A stretch of DNA of 64,000 nucleotides from Podarcis gaigeae. Lineage: Eukaryota. Below are positions 1-12,927 of this stretch, in pieces. The notes under the pieces are model-generated. The model saw only the letters and a list, made by a program, of their open reading frames with translations. It ran no database searches and was not told the origin of the DNA. The translations under genes and the position numbers were made by a program. Location: NCBI GenBank assembly GCA_964106915.2, contig OZ066916.1. The stretch is one strand, 5' to 3'. Positions within the stretch are counted from its first letter, which is position 1, and each line of letters opens with the position of its first letter.

Positions 1-430
1 TGCATGCTATAAATTTATTTAGAAATAATTGCTTGTTGATGATTGTTGAGGACAATCTTTAAAAAATATGCAAATACATTAATGAGAGAACTGAAACTGC
101 ATTCTTACTATGCAGCAAGTTGCTAAAGCTGAGATTTTATATCAAGTTATTTCATAGGCACTGGGGAAAGTTTGTGAACTTTCTGACTGCACCCTAGCAG
201 GCAGGTTGTTATTTTCTAAGTTATTCAAATTCTTGTGGGCATGAAGTAAGTCAAAAGTATTTTGCTTCAGATGCTAATTAAAATTCCTCCATTGAAAGAA
301 CGGAAAGATAGAAGGTATCCATGGGTTGCATTAAAAATCTTTTTGCTGGGATTTGGCATGTTTAAGCCCAAATATGAATGAATCAATGAACCTCTCCCTC
401 CCTTTATCCTCTTCTTCCATTCCATCCCAG

Positions 431-1658
431 GCTCTTTAGCAAGCAAAATACGCCGTAGGGATACTCTTGCAATCAAACTTGGCAACAGGCCATCGAAAAA
501 AGAACTGGAAGACAAAAACATCTTGCCGAGAACATCTGAAGAGGAGAGGCAGGAAATCAGACATCAGATTGGCACAAAGCTAGTGAGGTATCGGTTGTCA
601 TCTGAGCACATTTTGAGAGGTGGGAAGAGAGAATGGAGGCAGGTCTGGGGTCTGACCCAGATGTTTTCCTGTTCTGTGAGCTGAGGCATGTCCTAACATT
701 ATAAAATAAATCACACTTCATAATTATGAACCCACTACAGCTATGACACTTGATCTGACTTTATTTGTTTTAGTAGAAGGAATTTGCTATTGTTCAACAC
801 TTCCCCACACAAAACCGCAACAAAAATAATACAGCTGTTAATCACTGATATCTTGGTCGCATTCCCATCCTGCTTACTCATGTGTTTTGGATAGAAGCTA
901 GGCCAAATACATAAAGCAAAACAAACAAATAGCATTTCAGGTATGAATCATTTTAACTGCAGGTGGTTGCTGCTTCGTTTTGTTATATGACAAGTACTTA
1001 GCTGGCTTGAAAAATCTGAACTTCAAACATCTTGTTGGGTAATTTTTCTGATCAATTCACATCTTACATTGATACAACTTTTATGTACTACTTCTGAAGT
1101 TACTTGATATAAAGAGCATTTTGCTTTAACTGAGCATGTTTTTCTAAGCCTTTTGCCTGAAATCTAGCCTTTTATTTTCTTCTTGCATCATCTGAGCAGA
1201 TTCCCTCATGCATTGCCTGAGGATGGTGAAAAAAATGAGTGTCTCCCACTGTTACTTAATGGATTATTTGCTTTATGATATTGAGGGTTGTTTTTGAACA
1301 ATCAAGAAGTTATATACATTTTATGAAATAAAAAAGTTCAGATACACAACTGATCTTGTGAAAGGTTAAATGTGATTTGATAAGCACATTAGTATTTAGT
1401 AAATGCTAAATACACATCTATTTCCAAACCCATGTTAACCCCATTCAGCAACACATTTGATACAGCCACCATTAGTATAAACTGGCATTTGACATTTTTG
1501 GTTTGAAAATAAATTTAGCTGTTGCATTTCAGTTCTCTGCCTTAGTGACTGAAAATATGCATTATTTTCCTTTTTCCCCCCTGTTTGCAGGAGGCTTAGC
1601 CAGAGGCCTACTTCAGAAGAACTAGAACAGAGAAACATCCTAAGACGTAAGCAGAGCA

Positions 1659-1693
<35 letters not shown>

Positions 1694-4600
1694 CGTATGT
1701 TATGTATAAATAATTTCTTTCTCTTGGAGACTAAGATAATGCATGATCATATCAGATGCCAACCTGAAATCTGGGTCAAATGAATTTAGAGATATTCCCG
1801 GAATTCTGAGCCATGACAGGTGAATGAAGATAGTTTATAACATTGTAGAGCTGCTTGAATCAAACATCTTGTTTTGTGACCATGGCATATTGCCTATGCA
1901 ACTAGTTTGCAGTTTTCATGACAGCAAAAAGGTTAAATATCTTCACTCCTTAGCACCGAGTTTCATTAATACCCATCTAGCAAATTGCAGATCTGGAGCC
2001 TTAATGTCTGTGGGCTTTGCCATCTTGCCAAAACGAGCTTTCTAGAAACACGTCATAGCTCTATGTGCCAGCTGAAGAATATTAATGATTATCACTACAT
2101 GTAAAACCAGCAGACAGAATCTGCTTTCTGTAGTATTCCAGTATCCCAGAGCTCTGTTTGTCTTTTCTTTTTCATTTCCTTAGCAAGCCTACAAAGTTAT
2201 ATAAACATAACTAATCCCCAGAGGACATGATGGAAAATTCAGTTTTATGCTGTTGGATTACATTAGAGCACAAAACTGAACTGTGTGTGACCAACAGTCA
2301 GTCAGGTGGACAAAAAAACCTGTGAAATTAAATAAACAGGAAGGTAGTATGGTACTATATAAAAAGGGTTGCTGGCAGATCAAGACGAAGGGCTATGAGC
2401 GTACCTTACAGGATTGGTGCTTCCAGATTGTTGGTATATTCAGGTGGGGTTCAATCACATGCCAGCAAATTCAGGGCTCCCAATTATAGTGGATTGGGAG
2501 GTCTTGTGCAACCTGCTTCCCCCAAAGACTGGATTTTTTTCAGTAAGGAAAGTGATGGGGAGATATACTGGAAAATGTGGAATAACACTGACTCTGATAC
2601 AACATCAGCTCCCCTCAAACAAATCAGGATGGATGCTAGTTATGCAGGATGTCTGAAAGCAACCACTTTGCCTAAGGTTATTCATGGCACATTCAGTTTA
2701 ACCATTGCTTCTTTGGGTTTCTTGCTTTCTCTACTTTGATTGGTAATAATGAAGGCTGTCCATCTGCTGTTCCTCATCTGGGACAGTGACTGTAATGTGC
2801 TGAGAAGTAAAAAGGGGAGGACACCAGAATGAGTTAGGAATAAAGTTGAAAGCTTTTGTTCTCAAACCGGCCTAGTGCTATACAGTAGTTAACATACCTT
2901 TTAATTATTCCTACCTTTTCTCTCTTTCATCTAAAAACAGAAAAGAATGAAGAAGAGGAACAAGAAGCTAAAAGAGAATTGAAGCGCAGTCTCAGCAGAA
3001 AGGTACGCAAAATGTATTCCATATCCCAGAGATTTCCAAACTGTGTGTCACACATGACACATTGGTGTGTCGACTGCTGTGTGTAGGTGTGTTGTGCGAA
3101 CGCTCCCCATGCTGGAACGGGAGCGGGTAGTCCACTGGTTTTCTAGGAAAACTGAATTACTGTGTCGTGGAATGATGCATGTCTAAATCAGTGTTTCCCA
3201 ACCGGTGTTCCGCGGCACACTAGTGTGCAGCGAGACGTTGCCTGGTGTGCCGTGGGAGGGAGGCGGGCGAGTCGGGCGGCGAGAGGCGGGGCGTGGCAAG
3301 GTCTTGGTTCGTGTGTATGAGCTGCGGGAGGAACTTAAAGTGTTTCTGACAAATGAGAGGTCAGATTACGCAAAGCTGCTTGCAAGTGATGAGTGGTGTG
3401 CAAGGCTGGCATACCTGGCAGATATATTTCATCATCTGAATGAACTGAACACACGAATGCAAGGCCGAAATGAAAACCTGCTTACAAGTACAGATAAAAT
3501 AAATAGATTCCGTTCAAAGGTGCAACTCTGGCATCAACACGTGGAAAGTGGCAATCTTGAAATGTTCACACTCACCAAGCAATGGCAAGGTGTTCACACT
3601 GCTGCACTGTGTGAGATAATAGGTAAACATTTAAAAACTCTCGAGGGGAAGTTGTCATTTTATTTCTCTTCAGTCTCCACTGAATGCCTTGACTGGGTTA
3701 GGGACCCTTATAGCTCAGCATCAGTTGGTGGACAGGACATGACTTTACAGGAGCAGGAGGAACTAACTGAACTGAGACAAAATCGTGGTTTCAAGCTAAG
3801 ATTTGCTGATCTACCTTTGGACAGTTTTTGGTTGGAAACTGCCAAGGAGTTCCCCCTTCTGGCAAACAAAGCTATTTTGACATTGCTCCCATTTTCCACT
3901 ACATATCTCTGTGAGTTGAGCTTTTCAAGCATGATTGCTATAAAAACTAAATACAGAGAGAGACTGAGAGCTGTTGACGAAGAGCTACGTGTGTGTCTTT
4001 CTTCGATTCCAGCCAGAATATCAGCTTTGTGTTCAGCCAAACAGGCCCAGGTTGCGCACTGAATAAAGTATTTTATAATTTTTCATATTTCTGTTTACTT
4101 ACTATTTCATAATAAAGTAATTATAAAATACTTTCTTTGTGTTTATTTGATTCCTATTAAAGAGAGTTACTTTATATATAGTCAATATAGGCACAGAGTT
4201 AATTTTTTAAACATTTTCTAATGGTGGTGTGCCTCAAGATTTTTTTCATGAAACAAGTGTGCCTTTGCCCAAAAAAGGTTGGGAAACACTGGTCTAAATA
4301 ATGTGTCACCAACATGAAAAGTTGGGTATCCTGATAACAAATTGGGTCCTGCTTATCTGCAGAGCGTGTCTTTTCCAACATTAGTTGGTTTGTTCACCTA
4401 GCCTTCTTTTACAGCTCAGTCTGAGACCAACAGTGGCTGAGCTGCAAGCAAGAAGAATCCTGCGTTTTAATGAGTATGTGGAAGTAACAGATTCTCCAGA
4501 TTATGATCGCCGTGCTGACAAGCCCTGGGCAAGGTTAACCCCTGCAGACAAGGCAAGAGACAAATATGGATTATAAATGCAACTTTGTTTCTGTATCTCA

Positions 4601-7138
4601 GAAATTTTCTTTGCCCTTATATTTTCCAGCAGAGACTCCTGCTAATTCCTGCAGCAGAGGTTGCTTCCAAATATATGTATGTACCCATGGACAGAGCACA
4701 TCCATCTAGAAGGAAAAATACACTGACCAGATGTATTTTCTCCTTTGGCCCAGGGACTCTCCCTGTCTGGCCCTGGGAGTTCTCTTCAAGCCGTATCCTC
4801 TCATCCTAGCCCCCAGCCCCAGCCTAATTCATACCCTTCTTGGGTGGAATATTATCTTTGAGCTCCCTCAACTATTTTTTTTCTGGTTGGAGGATAAAGA
4901 GGAATGATTGAATGTGTGCAGAAATGAGTCTACTGTACAAAGGTAAAAGTTGCTGTCATTGCTCTGTCCCCTTTTTCTTCTGGCCCTACACACCACTGGT
5001 GGGGAATGTACCCCCAGAATGTTGCCTAGAAGGGAATGCAGCCCTGCAGCTGAAAAAGATTCCCTACTGTTGCTTTAAAGCAGGCATAGGCAAACTCGGC
5101 CCTCCAGATGTTTTGAGACTACAGTTCCCACCATCCCTGACCACTGGTCCTGTTAGCTAGGGATGATGGGAGTTGTAGTTCCAAAACATCTGGAGGGCCA
5201 AGTTTGCCTATGCCTACTTTAAACCATAGCTCAAGGCGCGTGCAGCCTTCTTTCCTCTCCCGCTTCTTCCAGCATTCCAGGGAGCAAATTCATGCTACTA
5301 AGTTTGGAACTAGACAGCTTGGCATCTCTACCTCCACTTCCTCTCCCCACACCTAATGTTCAGTAACATAAAACTCATGATGTGACGTCGCCATTTGCAA
5401 GTTTCCAGTGCCTTGCTCCACTTCATTCTCTGACAGTTTCGCGTTACTGAACATCACTGTCAGAAAAAGGAGAATGTAAATTCTATTTAGGTGCTGATAC
5501 CTAAATCCCACAGCTTTTAATCACCATGTTGCACCCACTTGGCCCCACTATGTATTGGGTTGTGAGTAAGGTCTTTTACCTTTAACATATGCAACTCTAT
5601 ACATGTAAGGCCTGTATATGTGGTTAGAAACCCTGGTTGGGTCAAGGTTCCCAATCGCACATGACTGTATTGAGGGGAATATGAGAGGAGGTCTCTAATT
5701 CTGGCCTAATATGCTAAAGTAGGAGATATCTGTTCTGGTACTTAACACTTCATTTGCTATTGCATAACTCTTATGCTTCAACATCACTATGAGAATTATG
5801 CAAGATAATCCTCTTCTGAAACAGGAGACTGCGGTTAGAGATATATCATTGTGGTGACACAGCATAATAATTGTTTCGAGCTGCAATTCTGTCCTGCACT
5901 GAAAGATTTCTACTTCTAATGAGATGCCTTTTATAAAGGATTATTGAGAGATATTAATGGTGTTTTCAAAAAACAAAATGCAAGCATAGAATAAGAGTAG
6001 CTATGACCTTCATGGAGCGATGGGGGCGAAAAGCAGCGATTATCATAAAAGTATTTGTGGTAATAGCTGTACGCAGATAGCTAGCCTTTTTAGAAAATTA
6101 CTATGGAATAAATGAAGAGATAGGAAAGTGATTAGTTTTTCTTTTTAAATGTCAACTCTCATTACCAATGTAAAGTACACTGAATGGCTACTTTGCTTTT
6201 TAATAATCTGTCACCTGAAAACAAAGGCCTAGAATGTTGAAATATTTCACCTGATGTTACAGAAAACTGAAATAGGAGCTAATTTCTAGACAGGAAGCAT
6301 TATTCATCTTACATGCCTCATATCTTGTCCTCCGTCAAGAAAAGCAGGAATTCTGCAGTTCTTTGCAATTGCTGTGCATGAAGTATTAGTCATCCACTAG
6401 ACTAGAACTGTATTCTGCTATAATCACTTTGTGGATGCCCATTAAACAGGTGGCTGGTTCGCTTTCTGTTTCTACCTCTGCAAGACCTCTATTCCCAGCA
6501 CTTTTTGTAGTTAGAGCCATTTTCTATTGGAATTATCTTATGAACCATAAATACTGTTTTAGATAAAGAAGATGGGAAGAAAAAATTGACTTTGAGCTGA
6601 GACAACATAGCAGGGCCTTGTATGTCATTTCCTGTGTCTTGTGAAACACACCTAAGAATGTAGGTGTGCTGAGGTTGTGAGAGCAGAACAGTGGCGCACA
6701 TTTTTTTTAATATACATGAATATTTGTGTATTATAAAAGAACTGACATAAGAGCAAGATCATCAAGCACTACCATGTAAGTGGAACACGTGAAGCAGCCC
6801 TGAATTGCAGCTATTCAGCAACAAGTCCATAGATGTAAAATCTAAAGTGGGGTTTGGGGGGTCTCTTTCTGGATTAGGTATTGGATTTCACCTGTCAGTT
6901 CAGGGGGTGGGTCTGTCTTTTTAGCTACACTTAAAACATCATGGTGTACAACTTTGCATGGTATAATATTCAAACTGCCTAAATATGGGGTTGCACTGAG
7001 ATATGAAGAGAACAGAAGTTTAACTGTATATGTTATGACATAAAAATGGGCTAGACACAAAATAATACTTTGCTCTTTCCAGAATGGTGAATACATTACA
7101 TAAAATATATATATTCATTACATTATTACATTGTGTGC

Positions 7139-7173
<35 letters not shown>

Positions 7174-9316
7174 CTTATCTCATACTTTGTTTTTTAAACT
7201 AGGCAGCAATAAGGAAAGAATTAAATGAATTTAAAAGCACCGAAATGGAAGTACATGAAGAGAGTCGGCAGTTTACAAGGTAAGGAAACTTGGGGGTTCA
7301 ACCCAGATTGTATTTCAATTTTCAGAAGCAATATTTTCTGATACCTTACTAGGTTCCTTATATACCAGGTTTACAACCTGTGGCTCACCTTGTTGAACAC
7401 AGGCTATTAGCAATATGTTATAGCCTGCCGGGTGCTTGAACACACCCACCCTTGTGAAGTCTCAGGTAGGCATGAAAAGCAGCTTATTGAGTCCCTCACA
7501 CCCTGCCACATATGGCTGCCAGGTGACATTTGTTTTAAAAGGTCATCATGCAAGTATGTCATTTGCCATTGTTTGAAAATAATGATCTTTTAAGTGTGGA
7601 AGGATTCCTAGATCTGGCCCTGATGAAGCAAAAACCCGCACCTCAGCCTAGTCCTTGATTTCTTGGTACAAATGCTTGGTACAAATGGGGCCTGAGGTAT
7701 GGGCTACCTGCACAGTGTCCTCCTTGTCTTAGCAGAAATTATTACACACAACCAGGAACATGGATAACTTTTTTATGATTTTATGAGCAATCAGCATCCT
7801 GACAAAGTTCATCTGCTTTGTTTCACTTCTTTTCCTGACAAATAAAAGCCAGCTTTATAGCTTTGCATTTATCTACAGTTTTTTGACCCTGCCTCTGCTT
7901 TCACTGATGTAGCACATACGAACTTCACTTAAAGCTGAGGCAGGGGAGGGCTTGCGTTGGGTTGGGGATAACCCTTCAGAAATTTCTGGCTGCAGTTATC
8001 TTTTTGGAATGAATAGCTTATTTGAATATAGCAACAGCAGAGCCCAGTATGAAGAGGGAAGTTGATCATGTCTGGCCTGCCGTACTGCCTTGTCCAACTG
8101 TGCTCTGTGCACCATTACAGTCATACCATGGTTCTCGAACTTAATTCATTCCAGAAGTCCATTCGACTCCCCAAACCGCTCAAAAACCAAGGCGCGGCTT
8201 CCGGTTGGCTGCAGGAGCTTCCTGCCCTCAATCGGATGTTCAGCTTCCGAAAAACGTTCGCAAACCGGAACACACAGTTCTGGGTTTGTGGCGTTCAGGA
8301 GCCAAAACGTATGAGTACCAAGGCATTCGAGAACCAAGGTACGACTGTACTTCTTAGCACATAGGGCTTCAGCAGTAACTCTGTACCAGTAGTAGGCAAG
8401 TTGCATTTTGGAATGCTAGCTTCATTCTGCTGCTTTTCAGCATGGCACATGAACAATTTTGCACATTGCTGTAGCTTTCAATGGTGTTTTTCCAGTGGGA
8501 CATCCTGAGTCACTATGTGCTAAATGTCTCAAATAAATGCATAAAATGTACTAAAGACAGGAGAAGATTCTAAATACCTTACAAAGTGGTTCCTCTGATG
8601 GACTGCTTTAAATGTAGGCATTACAGAAGCCCATGTTGTCTGTGTTTCTGAGAGTGGCTTCTGACATGATCAAAGCACAAGGTTTTTGCAACTCCTGTTC
8701 CCTAAACATTGCTTTTCTTTCAACTCATGCAGCAAGGCAAAAAGCTCTATTTCTAGTATGTAAGAGACAGGAAATGCAAAGTACTTTTCCCCCCATCTCC
8801 AAAGCAATTGCCAATCCCCTAATTTAAAGTAATAGGCAAAGTGGGAAGGCATCCTGCTGTTAAATTAAAAAGGATTACCAAACCATTCTAAATGTAATCT
8901 AAATAAAGGATTGCCATCAACATCTCTTCCCCCCAGTTTTAAGAGGTCAAAATTAATCACAAGTTTTAAGCCTTCTGTCTTCCACAAATGTCCATTCAAC
9001 TTTCATCCTTTCAATCTCTGTAATTATTAGAACGTTATTCCAGATCCAGCAGCCCACAGAGAGCCAAGAAGCAAGCGTTTACATTGTCAGTCATGGAGAT
9101 TTGAACATTTTAGCAGGCATTTTATATCCATGTTGCTCAGTTCAGTCTTAAACACGCTTGAAATACAGATTCAAGTCATATACAGAGAAAACAGAATTTG
9201 AATGTTTTGGCTTTTACAGATATTTGGACCCATGCTAAATCTCCAGGAACAGGAAGAGAGATTTGAAATAAAGGTTTATTTTTCTTTTTATCTACTGCAG
9301 GTTTCACCGTCCATAA
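431..9316 (+). CDS. PHACTR2: Phosphatase and actin regulator 2, 3' portion (coding exons 431-587, 1591-1646, 2941-3002, 4415-4552, 7203-7279, 9301-9316; 5' exons lie upstream of the window)
   Basis: The spliced translation reads [167 protein letters not shown]. This is three RPEL repeats plus the PP1-binding C-terminus. Phases are consistent, all acceptors are AG, donors are GT except GC at 4553, and the stop is TAA 9314-9316. Position next to LTV1 supports the PHACTR2 paralog. Confidence 0.96.
1659..1694. repeat. (GT)n(GC)n microsatellite
   Basis: Read directly from the sequence just downstream of a PHACTR2 donor. Confidence 0.9.
3027..4333. mobile_element. Older degenerate hAT-type MITE interrupted by the 3189-4291 element
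   Basis: Decayed terminal inverted repeats CAGAGATTTCCAAACT (3027) and AGTTGGGTATCCTG (to 4333), with TGTGTC/GACACA subterminal motifs. No TSD could be recovered. Confidence 0.5.
3189..4291 (+). mobile_element. hAT (Charlie/Buster-like) DNA transposon, internally deleted non-autonomous copy retaining the C-terminal transposase ORF (3205-4062)
   Basis: Perfect 15-bp TIRs CAGTGTTTCCCAACC / GGTTGGGAAACACTG and perfect 8-bp TSD GTCTAAAT (3181-3188, 4292-4299). The ORF has [30 protein letters not shown] and the hAT dimerisation region FW....EFPLLANKA...[15 protein letters not shown]...IKTKYRERL. Confidence 0.96.
5081..5216. mobile_element. Short fold-back hAT MITE
   Basis: Nearly fully self-complementary (CAGGCATAGGCAAACT..CCCTCCAGATGTTTTG / CAAAACATCTGGAGGG..AGTTTGCCTATGCCTA). 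TSD matches 7/8 (CTTTAAAG / CTTTAAAC). Related decayed copies lie near 12290, 22650, 45110, 53980 and 62090. Confidence 0.85.
8118..8347. mobile_element. Tc1/mariner-pogo (Tigger-like) MITE
   Basis: TIRs CAGTCATACCATGGTTCTCGAA / TTCGAGAACCAAGGTACGACTG flanked by TA on both sides. Confidence 0.85.
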
Positions 9317-11483
9317 GTGTTTGAAAATATCCTGCAATCCAGACACACACAAACTACCAACATGGGGGGAGCGCAGCATCTCAAGAGTGCCCTGTAACTG
9401 AAATGTCTGCAGCAGTTTAACCTGAAGTCATTGAACAATGTGGCCTCCACATTTAACAAAAGTGATGAATCTAAGAGAGATCCTGGAAGGAATGTGAAAG
9501 CAGTTGCATAATAAGAGAGGAAATGGTATTGAGGTCATCTTATTCAGAGTAAATTATACCTTTTTTTGGCTAGAAAAAAAAAGAAGTGAGGCTAATTGTT
9601 GCCAGGATCCACTTTCATGTAGGTTAGAAACAGACAGAAGAGAGTCCCTACCTGTCAGCCAATAGAATAATGTTAGGGTGAAATTAACCTAATGCTATAT
9701 GGGGGTATTGGATAACTTCTTAAAAGTGCAAACCCAAGAATGTGAGCAATTCTGTGTGTACTGTTCCAGAATCCTCAACTTTTCATAGCCAAGTGGAGAA
9801 CATAAAGTTCTCTCTTCATAAACAGGGCTTACAATACAGTGCAGTGCCAGTGAATTTGCCAGTAATTAGTCCTAGCTGGATTCATAGGCTTTTAAATAAT
9901 AATAATAAAAAATATATGACTGTCATGCTTTTTAAAAGTGCATTGAGGCTACAATCTTGAGCAGAGCTGGGCAGTAGAAGGAGGTCAGAACTTTTGAGCG
10001 TGCAACTATGTCCAGGATTGTAACATAGATTTTTTTTTTAAGGAAAATCATGGTCCTCCATAATCATGTACTAATTTGAGAAACATGTTGAGGAAGGACA
10101 ATTTGTGAAATTGTAATGAAAAGATGCAGATAGAAATGCCTTTTGAAAAATCTGGGTTTTGAAGTCGGGGCTGAATTGCTGACTTCTAGCCTTGCTTAGG
10201 CTACGAATCTTGACAATCAAATTATGAAGCCAAACAGAAATGAAAGTGAACAATAAAGCAGTTTAACAAGTAGTTTGGGTCTATTTTTTATCTTTATAGC
10301 TTCAGCTACATTAACGGATTCTTGGATCAGAGTACATAGTATAAGACCTAGAAGCTGTTCATCACTTGCCAAGACTTTCCCTCTAAATTGCACAGCCTCA
10401 TGCTACTGCCGTGTGCCAGCACTCTCGTAGTTGGCCATTCCAGGGCAGAAAGAGCAGACTTTTTTTGATGGACAACATCATTTGCTGGCTACAGAATATA
10501 TGGGTATTACATTGCCTTTGTGTTTGGGACTATGTGCAGAGAATATTAGTATGGACACGGCCCTTCCCTATGTGACCACTGTGTCCGCAAATGGGGGGGT
10601 TGGGAGAACCTATTCCACATAACAGAGCCTTGTTTCTCCTCTTTTAGCAAATGTACACAGGCATTGTGTCAGGACAGTCTGAGGAATGAGGCTGCCTATG
10701 CACATTTCTTACATCTTTGTCCAGCCTGCTTGATCAAGTCGAGGGGAAAGGGCTGGACAGTGAATACAGATCTCAGGTCCTGCTTGTGGACTTGCCATAA
10801 GCATCTGGTTGGCCACTGTGGGAACAGGATGTTGTACTTGAGGGGCCATTGTTGTGACACAGCCGGCTCGTCTTATGTTCTTATCTCCCATTCCCTAAAA
10901 GGTATATCTATGTATCCATGTACCAAACGGGTGAAACCAGAGCTCTGTCATGCCCTTCAGGGATCTCTCAGCCAGTGGACTCTGTGCCTGTGTGGGGAAG
11001 GGTTGTTCCGTAGGTGTCCCTACAACATCCCCATAAAGGACCTTGTGAAAATTATAGAAAGGCCTTGGAACCTACAGCCTGTATTTGTTGTGTGTTAATA
11101 ATGCAAAGCAAATTGTCTACTTTTATACTATCTTGTAATTGTATTTGTGAATACATGTTTAGTTAAGTTTAAATAGTATACGGTGGTGAGAGAGGCAATA
11201 TGTGCTTTATTATGTTGGCCCTGAGTATGTTGGCTTATTATAAGCCTATGACATTGTTTACACTAAAAATTGTCTTATATTAGCACTTATTTATCCTTTT
11301 AATGTACACGGTGAAACTTCTGGGCCTGAAATACACAACGGCATGTATTGCAGTATTACAATATATATATATATATATGCTATTTATCCTTTTTAATGTA
11401 TGTACATACTACAATTTATTTTTGTCTATGTGCCCTGTTTAGTTCTTAATTATAAAAGATATGTATTTTTTTCAGGCAATAAA
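9317..11483 (+). other. PHACTR2: PHACTR2 3' UTR with candidate poly(A) signals (AATAAA 10252-10257, 11478-11483)
   Basis: AU-rich sequence follows the stop. AATAAA at 11478 is followed by a U-rich tract. The true 3' end cannot be fixed without RNA data. Confidence 0.5.
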
Positions 11484-12552
11484 TGGTCTCTGTCACTTAA
11501 TTATTATTTTTTACCTCAACACTTGTATTGTATTCTTCTGGGTTAGCTTTAGTTATAAAAGTTAAGAATGTCCAACAGTGCAGTCCGGTTTGTGTGTACT
11601 CTGACTTAAGCCCCACTGAGCTCAAAGGCTCAAACAAGTAAGTTTATGTGGGATCGCAGCCAGAAATCTTTAAAGAGTGGACACACAGTTAAGCTGGTAA
11701 TATTGTATCATGTTCATTACTAATACATTTACATTTGCATTAAGTGTAGTGGGCTGTATTCCCCACAACTCCAAAATAAAAAATAATTGTATTTCCCAGT
11801 CTTATCATATTGAAATACACATAGTTTCTAAATGTTGGGTAGGTGCACAGGGATATTGCTAACAACTACTAATAACCTAATGAAACATCTGAATGCCTGA
11901 CATAGCAAAGAAAAATAATCAGTATTGTTCTGTTCCCATGGAGAGGGCCATGGGTGTGGGCAGGTAGGCAGCTGCACCCTCCCAATCAAGTTAAACAATA
12001 AAAATAACTAACTGACCAATCATGTTGATTCTGCCCCCCCCCCCCGAAAAAATCCTTGCTACTACACGGCTGAGGAAATGTTTTCTTCTGCCATTGGCTA
12101 GAAGTGGAATTAAAACAGTGGTTTAATTAAGGACTTAAATTGAGCTATATAACCTAGCAATGCCTGTTCCCTTACCCAAGATCTTTTATGTTTACTGAGA
12201 AGTTCCACTTAACAGAGGTCATCTGCACCTTTAATTAGAACCTTCCTCTTGGCAGCTTCTGCCCCAATTGTTTCTTATGAAGTGAGCTAGGGATGATGGG
12301 AGTTTCAGTCCAACATCAACTGGAGGCTCAAGTTTGAGAAACAATGTGAGCGCCTTAATTACAGTACTTTGTTCCGCTCATCAACTTTCAGATCATGACA
12401 GGTTGCTTGGGGAAAACTACCACAAATCACCTTGCTTGGGGGATAGGCTCTTATTGCCAATTTGCTACTAGGCCAAGTTCAGTGTGTTGGTACTAACAAT
12501 TAAGGCTCTATACAGCTCAGAATCAGGTTATTTGACAGACCCTACCCCTTAA

Positions 12553-12744
12553 ATGCCCAGTAGAATAATAGATCACTGTATTCTGAAGGAGTTTCTTCTG
12601 CAAGTTCCAAAGATCTCAGAAGCCTGCCCCACATTAATCTGGAGCACTGCTTTCAGTGTGGCTGCCCCTGTTCTGCGGAATAGCATTCCTGTCAAGAAAC
12701 AACAGGTAAGATTTTTGTTCACACAGGCTTTCCCAGCTGGGTAA
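12553..12744 (+). mobile_element. Degenerate L2-clade LINE 3' fragment
   Basis: The translation STAFSVAAPVLRNSIP...FLFTQAF resembles the conserved L2 ORF2 C-terminus (AFS.AAP.LWN.LP...LF..AF). Confidence 0.6.
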
Positions 12745-12895
12745 ATGGGTCTTTGCCAGGAGTGTCTATTTTGCATTGTTTTAGTGTTGTTTTTTAAAAA
12801 AATGTATCGATGGATTTGTGTGTATGTGTGTCCGTGTTCCTGTTTTTATTATACATTGCCTTGACATGATTGTGCATCAAGCATTTATTTACAGA

Positions 12896-12927
<32 letters not shown>

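Noticed and set aside
3205-4062. Possible domesticated ZBED/FAM200/SCAND3-like host gene
   Set aside because: It is bounded by perfect TIRs and a TSD and lacks the N-terminal half, so it is a transposon copy. Read-through from the upstream PHACTR2 exon hits a stop and is out of frame.
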